Below, one piece after another: positions 8,395 through 17,060 of a stretch of 32,000 nt of DNA. The stretch is from Delftia acidovorans NBRC 14950 (GTDB lineage Bacteria; Pseudomonadota; Gammaproteobacteria; Burkholderiales; Burkholderiaceae_C), in the NCBI RefSeq assembly GCF_001598795.1, contig NZ_BCZP01000005.1, positions 120,001 to 152,000 of the forward strand. Reading direction: 5' to 3'. The position numbers were made by a program, and so were the translations under genes. The notes beneath the pieces are model-generated. The model was not told where the DNA came from and did not search any database. It saw nothing but the letters and a program-made list of their open reading frames with translations. Each line of letters opens with the position of its first letter. Positions within the stretch are counted from its first letter, which is position 1.

Positions 8395-9120
8395 ATGGAG
8401 ATCACATCCCCTCTCCACTCACAAGGCCTGATCTTGCAGTTCTCCTACTCACCCTCCATCCCCCGCGACTTTCCTGAACTGGCCTCGCAGACCTTGCTGC
8501 TGCGCGGCCTGTCACCCGACGTGCCCGCACACGCCGTGATCGCCCCCTTCATGGCACAGGCCAGGCAGAACCTGGCCTGCACCCCGGAAAGCGAGATGCC
8601 ATCCATTCAGGCCTGGCGGCGCGGCTTTGCCAGGATGGGCCTCAAGCCCACGCAATACCGCTGCGCCGCCGAGGCCCTGCTGCGCCGCTTGCGCAAGGAA
8701 GGAGATCTGCCGGGCCTGCATCCGCTGGTGGACCTGTGCAATGCGGCCTCGGTGGCCTTTGCCATTCCCGTGGCCGTCTTCGACCTGGACCGCATCAGCG
8801 GCTGCCTGCAGGTGCGCCCCGCAACCGGCAGCGAGGTCTACGAGACCTTCTCGGGCGAGATCGAATATCCCGAGACCGGCGAAATCATCTTTGCCGACAC
8901 GGCTGGCCGCGCCCACGCCCGGCGCTGGTGCAACCGCCAAAGCGGCCACTCGGCAGTGCGCGAATCCACCGTCAACGCGCTGATCGTGACCGAAGCGCTG
9001 CACGCCACCGGCAAGACGGATACGCAGCAGTTGGTGCAAGCGTTGCAGGCGGCGGCCGGTCGGCTGTGGCCCGAGGCCGTTTCACACCCAGGCAACCCCT
9101 TGCAGGCCGCCCAGGCCTGA
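8395..9120 (+). CDS. B3/4 domain-containing protein (PheT B3_4-like, stand-alone)
   Basis: 241-aa ORF with WRRGFARMGLKPTQYRCAAEALLRRLRKEGDLPGLHPLVDLCNAASVAFAIPVAVFDLD, typical of stand-alone B3/4 proteins. The start is uncertain: the SD abuts the ATG at 8395, and a TTG about 13 codons downstream is an alternative. Confidence 0.7.
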   Translation: MEITSPLHSQGLILQFSYSPSIPRDFPELASQTLLLRGLSPDVPAHAVIAPFMAQARQNLACTPESEMPSIQAWRRGFARMGLKPTQYRCAAEALLRRLRKEGDLPGLHPLVDLCNAASVAFAIPVAVFDLDRISGCLQVRPATGSEVYETFSGEIEYPETGEIIFADTAGRAHARRWCNRQSGHSAVRESTVNALIVTEALHATGKTDTQQLVQALQAAAGRLWPEAVSHPGNPLQAAQA

Positions 9121-9125
9121 GGCGA

Positions 9126-9146
9126 CCGGGGCCGTTGACGCCCCGG
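9126..9146 (+). terminator. GC-rich hairpin just after the B3/4 gene stop (ccggggc-cgttgac-gccccgg), no U-tract
   Basis: Perfect 7-bp stem with a 7-nt loop, 6 nt after the TGA at 9118-9120. The missing T-run makes the terminator assignment tentative. Confidence 0.3.
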
Positions 9147-9254
9147 CGCGAAGAGGGCTATCACGCTGCGCGGACTTCCCGCAAGCAAGTCCGTACGCGT
9201 ATCGCACCGCCCTGCACATCGACCCGCAGGTCCCTTCAAAACAAGCTTCTACGC

Positions 9255-9333
9255 TATCAAAATGATAACAATGCGTTGCATGCTACATACAAATGAAAAG
9301 AAAAAGAAATCATTCCTATTGTCATTCTAGAAT
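9255..9333 (+). promoter_or_regulatory. AT-rich promoter island upstream of the TonB-dependent receptor, with Fur-box-like elements
   Basis: About 80 bp of roughly 30% GC in a roughly 68% GC background. Contains aatgataac (9261-9269), aatcatt (9308-9314) and attgtcatt (9318-9326). My hand alignment of the best 19-mers to GATAATGATAATCATTATC gives only about 11/19 matches. Confidence 0.35.
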
Positions 9334-9440
9334 CCGCACCCGCCATGACAGGCTGCGCTGCTGGCCCCAGGCCGGCAGCAGCGCCGACGCACCCAGAGCA
9401 CGCCCCACGGCACAGGTTTCCCAGCTCTCGACCATTGACC

Positions 9441-11600
9441 ATGCTTACCCAAAGACTCTCGCGCACGGCAGTTGCGCATGCCGCCCTGCTTGCCCTGTGC
9501 GGCGCAGCCCACGCACAGGCCCAGCCTGAAAAGGTCCCCGAGGCCACGCTCGCCCCGGTCACCGTGAACGCAGGCACCGAGAAGGAAAATCCCACCGGCC
9601 CTGTGGTGGGCTTCACCGCCAAGCGCGCCATCTCGGCCACCAAGACCGACACGCCGCTGATAGAGACGCCCCAGGCCATCAGCGTGGTCACGCGCGACCA
9701 GTTCGAGGCCCAGGGCGTGCAGACGCTGCGCCAGACCACCGCCTACAGCGCCGGCGTGGTGTCCAACTATTTCGACAGCCGGGTGGACAGCTTCTCGGCA
9801 CGCGGCGGCAACGTGAGCCAGTACCAGGACGGTCTGCTGCGCACCTACGGCACCTACAACACCAGCCGCCCCGACCCCTACACGCTGGAGCGCGTGGAAT
9901 TCCTGCGCGGCCCCTCTTCCGTGCTCTACGGCCAGGGCAGCGTGGGCGGCGTGCTCAACCTGACCAGCAAGCGCCCGCAGGCCGAGGCGCTGCGCGAGGT
10001 GCAGGTGCAGATGGGCAGCTACGGACGCAAGCAGATCGCCACCGACCTGACCGGCGCCGTCACCGAAGACGGCCAGTGGCTGTACCGCCTGGTGGCCGTG
10101 GGCCGGGAAAGCGGCACCCAGGTGGACCATGTGAACGACGACCGCCTGGTGATCGCGCCCAGCCTGACCTGGAGGCCCAGCGCCGATACCTCGCTCACGC
10201 TGCAGGCGCTCTACCAGAAGGACAAGAGCGGCTCGCTGATCGGCTTCTTCCCCTGGCAGGGCACGCGCCTGCCCAGCCCCTACGGCCAGATTCCCACCAG
10301 CACCTTCATCGGCGAGCCCGGCTGGGACTCGTTCGACACAGAGAACAAATCCTGGGGCTACCTGTTCAGCCACCGCCTGAACGCGGACTGGACCGTGCGC
10401 CAGAACCTGCGACGCACCATCAGCGACGTGGACTACCGCTCCATCTACACCAGCTTCACCGCCATCCCCGGCCAGGGCCGCCCTGCGCGCCCGGTCTTCA
10501 ACCCCGACAACCGCAGCGTCTACCGCGATGCCTCCTGGCAGGTCAACGGCGGGCGCATGCTGGTGATCGACACGCAGCTCGAAGGCCGGCTGCGCTGGGG
10601 CACGGCCGAGCACACCGTGCTGGCCGGCATGGATGCGCAGCGCAACAGCACCAGCCAGTCCACCTGGCGCGGCCTGACCGCGCCGTTTGACGTCTACAAC
10701 CCCGTCTACGGCAATTTCACGCCGCCCACGGCCTCGCAGCTGGTGCGCCAGCCGGGCGTGTCGCAAAAGCAATTGGGCTTCTACGCCCAGGACCAGATCA
10801 AGTGGGGCCGCTGGACCGCCACCCTGGGCCTGCGCCACGACAGCGCCCAGACCGATACCGAAGGCCGGCCCGCCTCCGCCGTGGACGAAAAGGCCTGGAC
10901 CAAGCGCGCAGGCGCCACCTACCAGATGGACGGTGGCTGGGCGCCCTACCTGGGCTACTCCGAGTCCTTCCAGCCGCTGGGCGGCGTGGATGTCTACGGC
11001 ACGCCCTACAAGGCCCAGCGCGGCGAGCAATGGGAAGCCGGCGTGAAGTGGCAGCCACCGGGCCAGGGCCTGTCGGCCTTTGCCGCCGTCTACACGCTGC
11101 GCGAGAAGAACCGCAAGACCACCGACCCGGCCAACCCGCTCAACAGCCTGCAGATCGGCGAGGTCAAGGTCAACGGCTTCGAGGCCGAGCTCACCGCCAG
11201 CCTGGCGCGCCACTGGGACGCCACCCTGGCCTATGCGTACACCGACGCCGTCATCTCGCGCAGCAATGGCGGCGACCAGGGCCAGCGCGTGACCAGCGTG
11301 CCGCGCCACACGGCATCGGCCTGGCTGACCCACCGCTTTGCCAGCGAAGGGCGCGGCGGCTGGAGCCTGGGCGCGGGCGTGCGCTACACGGGTTCGCAGT
11401 GGACGGGCACCAGCCTGGTGGACACGCCTTCGGCCACCCTGCTGGATGCCATGGTGTCCTATGACGCCGGCCCATGGCGCCTGGCCTTCAACGTGGTCAA
11501 CCTGACCGACAAGGTGCAGATCACGCAGTGCCTGGCACGCGGCGACTGCTTCTACGGCCAGCGGCGCACCTTTGCGGTGACGGGAACGCACCGCTTCTGA
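9441..11600 (+). CDS. TonB-dependent siderophore receptor
   Basis: ORF 9345..11600 trimmed to the ATG at 9441 (MLTQRLSRTAVAHAALLALCGAAHAQ signal peptide). TonB-box-like LAPVTVNAG, plug domain (ETPQAISVVTRDQFEAQG, ERVEFLRGPSSVLYGQGSVGGVLNLTSKRP). Beta-barrel ending FYGQRRTFAVTGTHRF with terminal Phe. Confidence 0.9.
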   Translation: MLTQRLSRTAVAHAALLALCGAAHAQAQPEKVPEATLAPVTVNAGTEKENPTGPVVGFTAKRAISATKTDTPLIETPQAISVVTRDQFEAQGVQTLRQTTAYSAGVVSNYFDSRVDSFSARGGNVSQYQDGLLRTYGTYNTSRPDPYTLERVEFLRGPSSVLYGQGSVGGVLNLTSKRPQAEALREVQVQMGSYGRKQIATDLTGAVTEDGQWLYRLVAVGRESGTQVDHVNDDRLVIAPSLTWRPSADTSLTLQALYQKDKSGSLIGFFPWQGTRLPSPYGQIPTSTFIGEPGWDSFDTENKSWGYLFSHRLNADWTVRQNLRRTISDVDYRSIYTSFTAIPGQGRPARPVFNPDNRSVYRDASWQVNGGRMLVIDTQLEGRLRWGTAEHTVLAGMDAQRNSTSQSTWRGLTAPFDVYNPVYGNFTPPTASQLVRQPGVSQKQLGFYAQDQIKWGRWTATLGLRHDSAQTDTEGRPASAVDEKAWTKRAGATYQMDGGWAPYLGYSESFQPLGGVDVYGTPYKAQRGEQWEAGVKWQPPGQGLSAFAAVYTLREKNRKTTDPANPLNSLQIGEVKVNGFEAELTASLARHWDATLAYAYTDAVISRSNGGDQGQRVTSVPRHTASAWLTHRFASEGRGGWSLGAGVRYTGSQWTGTSLVDTPSATLLDAMVSYDAGPWRLAFNVVNLTDKVQITQCLARGDCFYGQRRTFAVTGTHRF

Positions 11601-11636
11601 GGACCGCCGCCGCGCGCCTTTCACAGCGCAGGCAGC

Positions 11637-12587
11637 TCAGGCAGGCAGCTGCCTGAAGCTCCTTCGGTCCGCCGTGCTGCCAAACGATGCGCAGCCCGAC
11701 AGCACGGCCGGCGAAGGTGGCGTGGTCGATAGCGCCTCGCTGCACCGCCGTGGCAGCTGGCTGTTTGCGTCTTCCAGCGCCTGCGTGTGCAGGACGGGCG
11801 CCTCGGCCACCACGTTGCCGAAGATGGTGGCAAAGGCCACGTCGGCTGCATCCCGGCCCGTGCCAAAGCGCATGAAGCCCATGGGAATGGCCGTGCCCGA
11901 TGCATCGAACAGATACCACCTGTCGCCCAGGTAGGCTTCCACGTAGGCATGGAAATCGGGCGGGCCCAGTGCAGGATCGGCGCCGTAGTCCGTGCCGGTG
12001 GCGATGCGGGCGGGAATGTTCAGCGCACGGCACAGGGCGATCATCAGGTGCGTGAAATCGCGGCACACGCCCACCTGCTCCACCAGGGTATCGACGGCCG
12101 ACGTGGACGAGTTGCTGGTGGCCGAAGCGAAGGTCACCAACTCCTGCACCCATTGCTGTATGGCCAGCACGCGCGAATAGCCGGGCGCCAGTTGGCCGAA
12201 ATTGCGGAAGGCCAGCTGCATCAGCCGGTCGGACTGGCAGTAGCGGCTGGGGTAGATGTACGGCAGCACCTCCAGCGGGATGCAACGCACCGGAACCTCG
12301 CCCAGCGCCGCCGGATCCTCGCGGTGGTGCGCGATGCAGACGGTGGCCGTGTAGGTCAGGTGCAGGGGGCCTGGGTTGGCATGCAGGCGCATGAAGCGGG
12401 TGGAGGTGGCGGGCTCGGTCGCAATGTCGGGCTCCACGGGCTGGCTGAGCACCAAACGCTCGTTCTCCACCGTCTGGTGCGAGGTGTGGGCCGCATGGAT
12501 GTTGAACACGAAATCGGCCCCGGCCGGATCGCGGATTTCATAAGCAAGATCCACCTGGATCTGCAGCCTGATCGCTGCGTTGGCCAT
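11637..12587 (-). CDS. Transglutaminase-like family protein (Bact_transglu_N plus transglutaminase core)
   Basis: ORF 11637..12785(-) trimmed to the ATG at 12587 (MANAAIRLQIQVDLAYEI...). Cys-His-Asp core: GVCRDFTHLMIALCRALNIPAR, DFHAYVEAYL, WYLFDAS. Confidence 0.85.
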   Translation of the reverse strand: MANAAIRLQIQVDLAYEIRDPAGADFVFNIHAAHTSHQTVENERLVLSQPVEPDIATEPATSTRFMRLHANPGPLHLTYTATVCIAHHREDPAALGEVPVRCIPLEVLPYIYPSRYCQSDRLMQLAFRNFGQLAPGYSRVLAIQQWVQELVTFASATSNSSTSAVDTLVEQVGVCRDFTHLMIALCRALNIPARIATGTDYGADPALGPPDFHAYVEAYLGDRWYLFDASGTAIPMGFMRFGTGRDAADVAFATIFGNVVAEAPVLHTQALEDANSQLPRRCSEALSTTPPSPAVLSGCASFGSTADRRSFRQLPA

Positions 12588-12814
12588 TGGTTGTCCCTGG
12601 TTGGTGTGTCTGATCGCCACCATGGTGCGGGCAGCCACGCCCGCAGGCCGTAGGCCCCTGCTGAAAAGCCTGTAGTGCTTGGCAGGGACAGCGCGTGCGC
12701 CGGGCAGGAGGCCCGCCGGGGATGCAAACTCGGCTAACATCGGCGCCGCCCCGCATGGCGCAATGCCTGTGGCAGGGGCATCCACCAGCCAGGAACAGCC
12801 AAGGAGACCGCTAG

Positions 12815-13501
12815 ATGGCGGAGATCATCGAGATATCGCGGGCGGCGCTGCACGAGCAGGTGGCGGACCGTTTGCGGTCCATGCTCATCGAAGGGCGCAT
12901 CGCCCCGGGCGCCAAGCTCAACGAACGCGAGCTGTGCGAGCAGCTGGGCGTCTCGCGCACGCCGCTGCGCGAGGCCATCAAGCTGCTGGCCGCCGAAGGC
13001 CTGGCCGACCTGCTGCCCAACCGCGGCGCCATCGCCGTCAAGCTGAGCGAGGCCGATGTCATGCACGCCTTCGAGGTGCTGGCCGGCATCGAGGGCCTGT
13101 CGGGCGAACTGGCCGCGCAGCGCATCACCGACCAGGAATTCGCCGAGATCCGCGCCTTGCACTACGAGATGATGGCCAGCGTGGCGCGCGCCGACGTGTC
13201 TGCCTACTACCGGCTCAACGCCGCCATCCACGCGGCGCTGAACAGCGCAGCCAAGAACCCCGTGCTGACGGAGACCTTCCAGCGCATCAACAACCGCGTG
13301 CAGTCGCTGCGCTTTCGCACCAACCTGGACACGGCCAAGTGGAAGCAGGCCGTCAAGGAGCACGAGGCCATGATCGAGGCCCTGGGCGCACGCGACGCCA
13401 CGGCCCTGCGCGAGCTGCTGGTCACCCACCTGCACCACAAGCGCGATGCCGTGCTGGCCATGCTGCGTGCCGAGGCCCTGCAGCCGCGCAAGTCGCGCTG
13501 A
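12815..13501 (+). CDS. GntR-family transcriptional regulator, FadR/FCD subfamily (paralog 1)
   Basis: 228-aa ORF. Winged HTH LNERELCEQLGVSRTPLREAIKLLAAEGL followed by an all-helical FCD domain. AAGGAGA lies 7 nt upstream of the ATG. Confidence 0.9.
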   Translation: MAEIIEISRAALHEQVADRLRSMLIEGRIAPGAKLNERELCEQLGVSRTPLREAIKLLAAEGLADLLPNRGAIAVKLSEADVMHAFEVLAGIEGLSGELAAQRITDQEFAEIRALHYEMMASVARADVSAYYRLNAAIHAALNSAAKNPVLTETFQRINNRVQSLRFRTNLDTAKWKQAVKEHEAMIEALGARDATALRELLVTHLHHKRDAVLAMLRAEALQPRKSR

Positions 13502-13513
13502 ATCCAAGGGCCG

Positions 13514-13933
13514 CTACCGCTGCGGCGCGGCCTCCAGCGCCGCAATCCCCGCCCGCGCCACCTCCGCATCCTCTGCCGGCTTCACCCCGCTGACGCCCAC
13601 GGCGCCCAGGCAGTGGCCCTCCCTGCTGATGGGCACGCCGCCTTCCAGCAGGCCCTGCAGCGCGGGCACGCTCAGGTAGGCGGTACGGCCACCATTGATC
13701 ATTTCCTCATAGAGCCGGCTTTCCTTGCGGCCCAGTGCTGCGGCGTGGGCCTTGGCCGGCGCGATGTGGGCCGAGGCCGGTGCCGCGCCGTCCAGGCGCT
13801 GCAGCCACAGCAGGTGGCCGCCGTCATCGGCGATGGCGATGCTGACGGCCCAGCCGCGCGCCGTGGCATGCGCCTCGGCGGCCTGGGCGATGGTCTTGAT
13901 GTCCTGGAGGTCCAGGCAGGGTTTGTGCTTCAT
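13514..13933 (-). CDS. GlcG/HbpS-like heme-binding protein (DUF336)
   Basis: 139-aa ORF. AVSIAIADDGGHLLWLQRLDGA...GGVPISREGHCLGAVGVSGVKPAEDAEVARAGI matches the GlcG family pattern. Lies 32 nt downstream of the oxidoreductase stop on the same strand. Confidence 0.85.
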   Translation of the reverse strand: MKHKPCLDLQDIKTIAQAAEAHATARGWAVSIAIADDGGHLLWLQRLDGAAPASAHIAPAKAHAAALGRKESRLYEEMINGGRTAYLSVPALQGLLEGGVPISREGHCLGAVGVSGVKPAEDAEVARAGIAALEAAPQR

Positions 13934-13965
13934 TTTTCGGGCCTTTTGCAGGATGGATCAGGCGG

Positions 13966-16900
13966 TCAGCGCACGTCCAGCAGACTCTCCAGCAGCCGCG
14001 CCACATGCACGGCTTCGCGCGCAGCGCCGTCGGCGATCTGGTGGCGGCAGCTGGTGCCGTCGGCCACGACGATGGCCTCGGGGCGCTGGCGGATGGCCGG
14101 CAGCAGGGCCGCCTCGGCCATGTCCATGGAGACCTGGTGGTGGCTGGCCTCGTAGCCGAAGCTGCCGGCCATGCCGCAGCAGGAGCTTTCGATGAGCTCG
14201 GGCTGGGCGCCGGGAATCAGCCGCAGCACGTCGAGGATGGGGCTGACGGCGCCAAAGGCCTTCTGGTGGCAATGGCCGTGCACGAGGATGGGCGCCTCGG
14301 CGGCGCGCAGCGGCAGCGCAAAGCGGCCGGCCTTCACTTCGCGGGCAATGAATTCCTCGAACAGCAGGGCCTGGGCGGCAACGGCCTGCGCAGGCTCGCC
14401 CAGGCCCATGACCAGGGCTTCGTCGCGCAGGGTCAGCAGGCAGGAGGGCTCCAGGCCGACGATGGGGATGCCGGCGCGGGCCAAGGGCGCCAGGGTGTTG
14501 ATCAGCGCACCGGCGCTGGCCTTGGCCTGCTCGACCATGCCGGTGGCCAGGTAGGTGCGGCCGCAGCAGTGGTGGCCGCCGCCTTCTTTGGCGGACTTGC
14601 TGGCGGTGTGCAGCGCATAGCCGGCCGCCTGCAGCACGCGCGCGGCGGCCAGGGCGTTTTCGCTCTCGAAGGTGCCGTTGAAGGTGTCCACGAAGAGCAC
14701 GGCCACGCGCTCGCCGGCCGCCGCGCGGGCCAGGGCCTGGTCGCGGTCAAGGAAGGTATGTGCTTCGGGCGCGCGCCAGAAGGTGTCGCTGCGCCAGGCC
14801 GGCAGCGAGCGCCGGGCGGACAGGCCCAGCAGTTTTTCGCCCAGTTGGCGCAGCACGGGCAGGCGGTTGCGCAGGTTCAGCAGCCAGGGCATGCGGCTGG
14901 CCGTGGCCGCGTAGCGCGGCAGATGGGCGACCAGCCGGTCCTTGAGCGTGTGGCCATGGCGGGCCTTGTAGTGGGCCAGGAATTCCACCTTCATGCGGGC
15001 CATGTCCACGCCCGTGGGGCAGTCGCGCCTGCAGCCCTTGCAGCCCACGCACAGGTCCATGGTGTCGTGCAGGGCCTCGCTGGTGAAGGCGTCCGGCCCC
15101 AGCTGGCCCGAGATGGCCAGGCGCAGGGTGTTGGCGCGGCCGCGCGTCAGGTGCTGCTCGTCGCGCGTGACGCGGTAGCTGGGGCACATGGTGCCGGCGT
15201 CGAACTTGCGGCAGTGGCCGTTGTTGTTGCACATCTCCACGGCCTTGGCAAAGCCGCCCGTGACGTCGCCGCCCGTGCCGGGCGCCGTGGTGACCTCGGT
15301 GACCGGGTCGGCCTGCACGTTCCAGGCCGACCAGTCGAGCACGGGCGTGATGGGAATGCGCCGGTAGGGCTGGGGGGTGTCGGCGGGCGCGAAGCGGAAC
15401 AGCCGGCCATCGTCCATCTTCGGCGTATCGATGATCTTGCCGGGGTTGAAGAGGCCCTGGGGATCGAACTCCTGCTTGATGGCGCGCAGGGCCTCGGTGA
15501 TGGCGGGCCCGAACTGCCAGGCAATCCACTCGCCGCGGCACAGCCCGTCGCCGTGCTCGCCGCTGAAGGCGCCCTTGTATTTGCGCACCAGTTCGGCCGC
15601 TTCCTCGGCAATGGCGCGCATGCGCGCCGCGCCGTCGGTGCGCATGTCCAGGATGGGCCGCACATGCAGCGTGCCCACGGAGGCATGGGCGTACCAGGTG
15701 CCCCGGCTGCCATGGCGCGCGAACACTTCGGTGAGCGCATCGGTGTACTCGGCCAGGTGCTGCAGCGGCACGGCGCAGTCCTCGATGAAGCTCACGGGCT
15801 TGCCGTCGCCCTTGAGGCTCATCATGATGTTCAGCCCCGCCTTGCGCACTTCCCAGAGGTTTTTCTGGGCCGCTTCCTCGGGCATTTCCACCACGCTGCC
15901 GGGCAGGCCCAGCTCGCCCATCAGCTCCACCAGCTGGCGCAGACGCGCCAGCAGCGCGGCGCGGTCGTCGCCGGCGAATTCCACCAGCAAGATGGCGGCC
16001 GGGCGGCCGATGAGGGCGGTCTCTATGGTGGGCTTGAAGGCCGGGTTGGCCAGGCCCAGCTCGATCATGGTGCGGTCCACCAGCTCGACGGCCGTGGGGC
16101 CCAGCTTCACGATGTGCTGGGCCGAGTCCATGGCCGCGTGGAAGGTGGGAAAGTTCACCACGCCCAGCACCTTGGCGCGCGGCAGCGCGCTGAGCTGCAG
16201 GGTGAGCGAGCGCGTGTAGGCCAGCGTGCCCTCGGCGCCTATCAGCAGATGGGCCAGGTTGACGCTGCCGTCGGCCGTGTAGGGCCGCTCGCTCTGGTTG
16301 TCGAAGATATCGAGGTTGTAGCCGGCCACGCGGCGCATGACCTTGGGCCAGTGGGCGTGAATGTCCTCGCGGTGCTGTTGCGCCAGCCCGTGCACGAATT
16401 GCGCAATGCGCGCCGCGCGGCCCGTGGCCTGGGCCACGGGGCCGAAGTCCAGCAGCTCGCCATCGGCCATCCAGGCGCGGGCGCCGCGCACGTTGTGCAC
16501 CATGTTGCCGTAGGCAATGGAGCGCGAGCCGCAGGAGTTGTTGCCCGCCATGCCGCCCAGCGTGGCCTGGGCGCTGGTCGATACGTCCACCGGATACCAC
16601 AGGCCGAGCTTCTTGAGCCGGGCGTTGAGGTGGTCCAGCACCAGGCCGGGCTCGACCTCGGCCGTGCCTGCATCAGGGTCCACCGAGAGGATGTTGCGCA
16701 AATGCTTGCTGTTGTCGATCACCAGGGCCGCGCCCGTGGTCTGCCCGCACTGGCTGGTGCCGCCGCCGCGCGGCAGCACGGGCACCTTCAGCTCGCGGGC
16801 GATCTGCAGGGCCGTGGCGATGTCTTCTTCGCAGGTGGGCACGAAGACGCCCACCGGCATGATCTGGTAGATGGAGGCATCGGTGGCATAGCGCCCGCGC

Positions 16901-17052
16901 GAGGCGGCATCGAACAGGACCTGGCCGCGCGTGTCCGAGCGAAGGCGCCGCGCCAGCGCCTGGCTGACATCGTTGGAGGGCAGCACCGTGCCGGGAGCGG
17001 GCACGGTGTCGTCGGGGGAAGCGGCAAGGCGGTGCGTGGATTCCATCAGCAT
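13966..17052 (-). CDS. FAD-binding and (Fe-S)-binding oxidoreductase: GlcD-like FAD-linked oxidase fused to a GlcF-like 4Fe-4S/CCG module (E. coli YdiJ-type architecture)
   Basis: ORF 13966..17631(-) trimmed to the ATG at 17052 (MLMESTHRL...), because the upstream part overlaps the gntR paralog. FAD_binding_4 (VLPRGGGTSQCGQTTG), FAD-oxidase C domain. Two ferredoxin-type clusters (CNNNGHCRKFDAGTMCP, CVGCKGCRRDCP) and two CCG motifs (HHCCGRTY, SSCCGMAGSFG). About 1028 aa. Confidence 0.9.
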   Translation of the reverse strand: MLMESTHRLAASPDDTVPAPGTVLPSNDVSQALARRLRSDTRGQVLFDAASRGRYATDASIYQIMPVGVFVPTCEEDIATALQIARELKVPVLPRGGGTSQCGQTTGAALVIDNSKHLRNILSVDPDAGTAEVEPGLVLDHLNARLKKLGLWYPVDVSTSAQATLGGMAGNNSCGSRSIAYGNMVHNVRGARAWMADGELLDFGPVAQATGRAARIAQFVHGLAQQHREDIHAHWPKVMRRVAGYNLDIFDNQSERPYTADGSVNLAHLLIGAEGTLAYTRSLTLQLSALPRAKVLGVVNFPTFHAAMDSAQHIVKLGPTAVELVDRTMIELGLANPAFKPTIETALIGRPAAILLVEFAGDDRAALLARLRQLVELMGELGLPGSVVEMPEEAAQKNLWEVRKAGLNIMMSLKGDGKPVSFIEDCAVPLQHLAEYTDALTEVFARHGSRGTWYAHASVGTLHVRPILDMRTDGAARMRAIAEEAAELVRKYKGAFSGEHGDGLCRGEWIAWQFGPAITEALRAIKQEFDPQGLFNPGKIIDTPKMDDGRLFRFAPADTPQPYRRIPITPVLDWSAWNVQADPVTEVTTAPGTGGDVTGGFAKAVEMCNNNGHCRKFDAGTMCPSYRVTRDEQHLTRGRANTLRLAISGQLGPDAFTSEALHDTMDLCVGCKGCRRDCPTGVDMARMKVEFLAHYKARHGHTLKDRLVAHLPRYAATASRMPWLLNLRNRLPVLRQLGEKLLGLSARRSLPAWRSDTFWRAPEAHTFLDRDQALARAAAGERVAVLFVDTFNGTFESENALAAARVLQAAGYALHTASKSAKEGGGHHCCGRTYLATGMVEQAKASAGALINTLAPLARAGIPIVGLEPSCLLTLRDEALVMGLGEPAQAVAAQALLFEEFIAREVKAGRFALPLRAAEAPILVHGHCHQKAFGAVSPILDVLRLIPGAQPELIESSCCGMAGSFGYEASHHQVSMDMAEAALLPAIRQRPEAIVVADGTSCRHQIADGAAREAVHVARLLESLLDVR

Positions 17053-17060
17053 GGCGGCTC

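Noticed and set aside
11642-11655. The 14-nt perfect palindrome caggcagctgcctg as a bidirectional terminator between the convergent TonB-receptor and transglutaminase genes.
   Set aside because: It lies inside the last codons of the transglutaminase CDS and has no loop, so the usable stem is about 5 bp. It has no flanking T- or A-tract. It is more likely incidental.
12762-12782. aatgcc-N9-ggcatc inverted repeat upstream of gntR paralog 1, as a copy of the GGCATT repeats seen at 17800-17830.
   Set aside because: Only 5-6 nt arms in GC-normal DNA, with no TGGT..ACCA core. The similarity to the 17.8-kb operator region is too short to separate from chance without a matrix scan.
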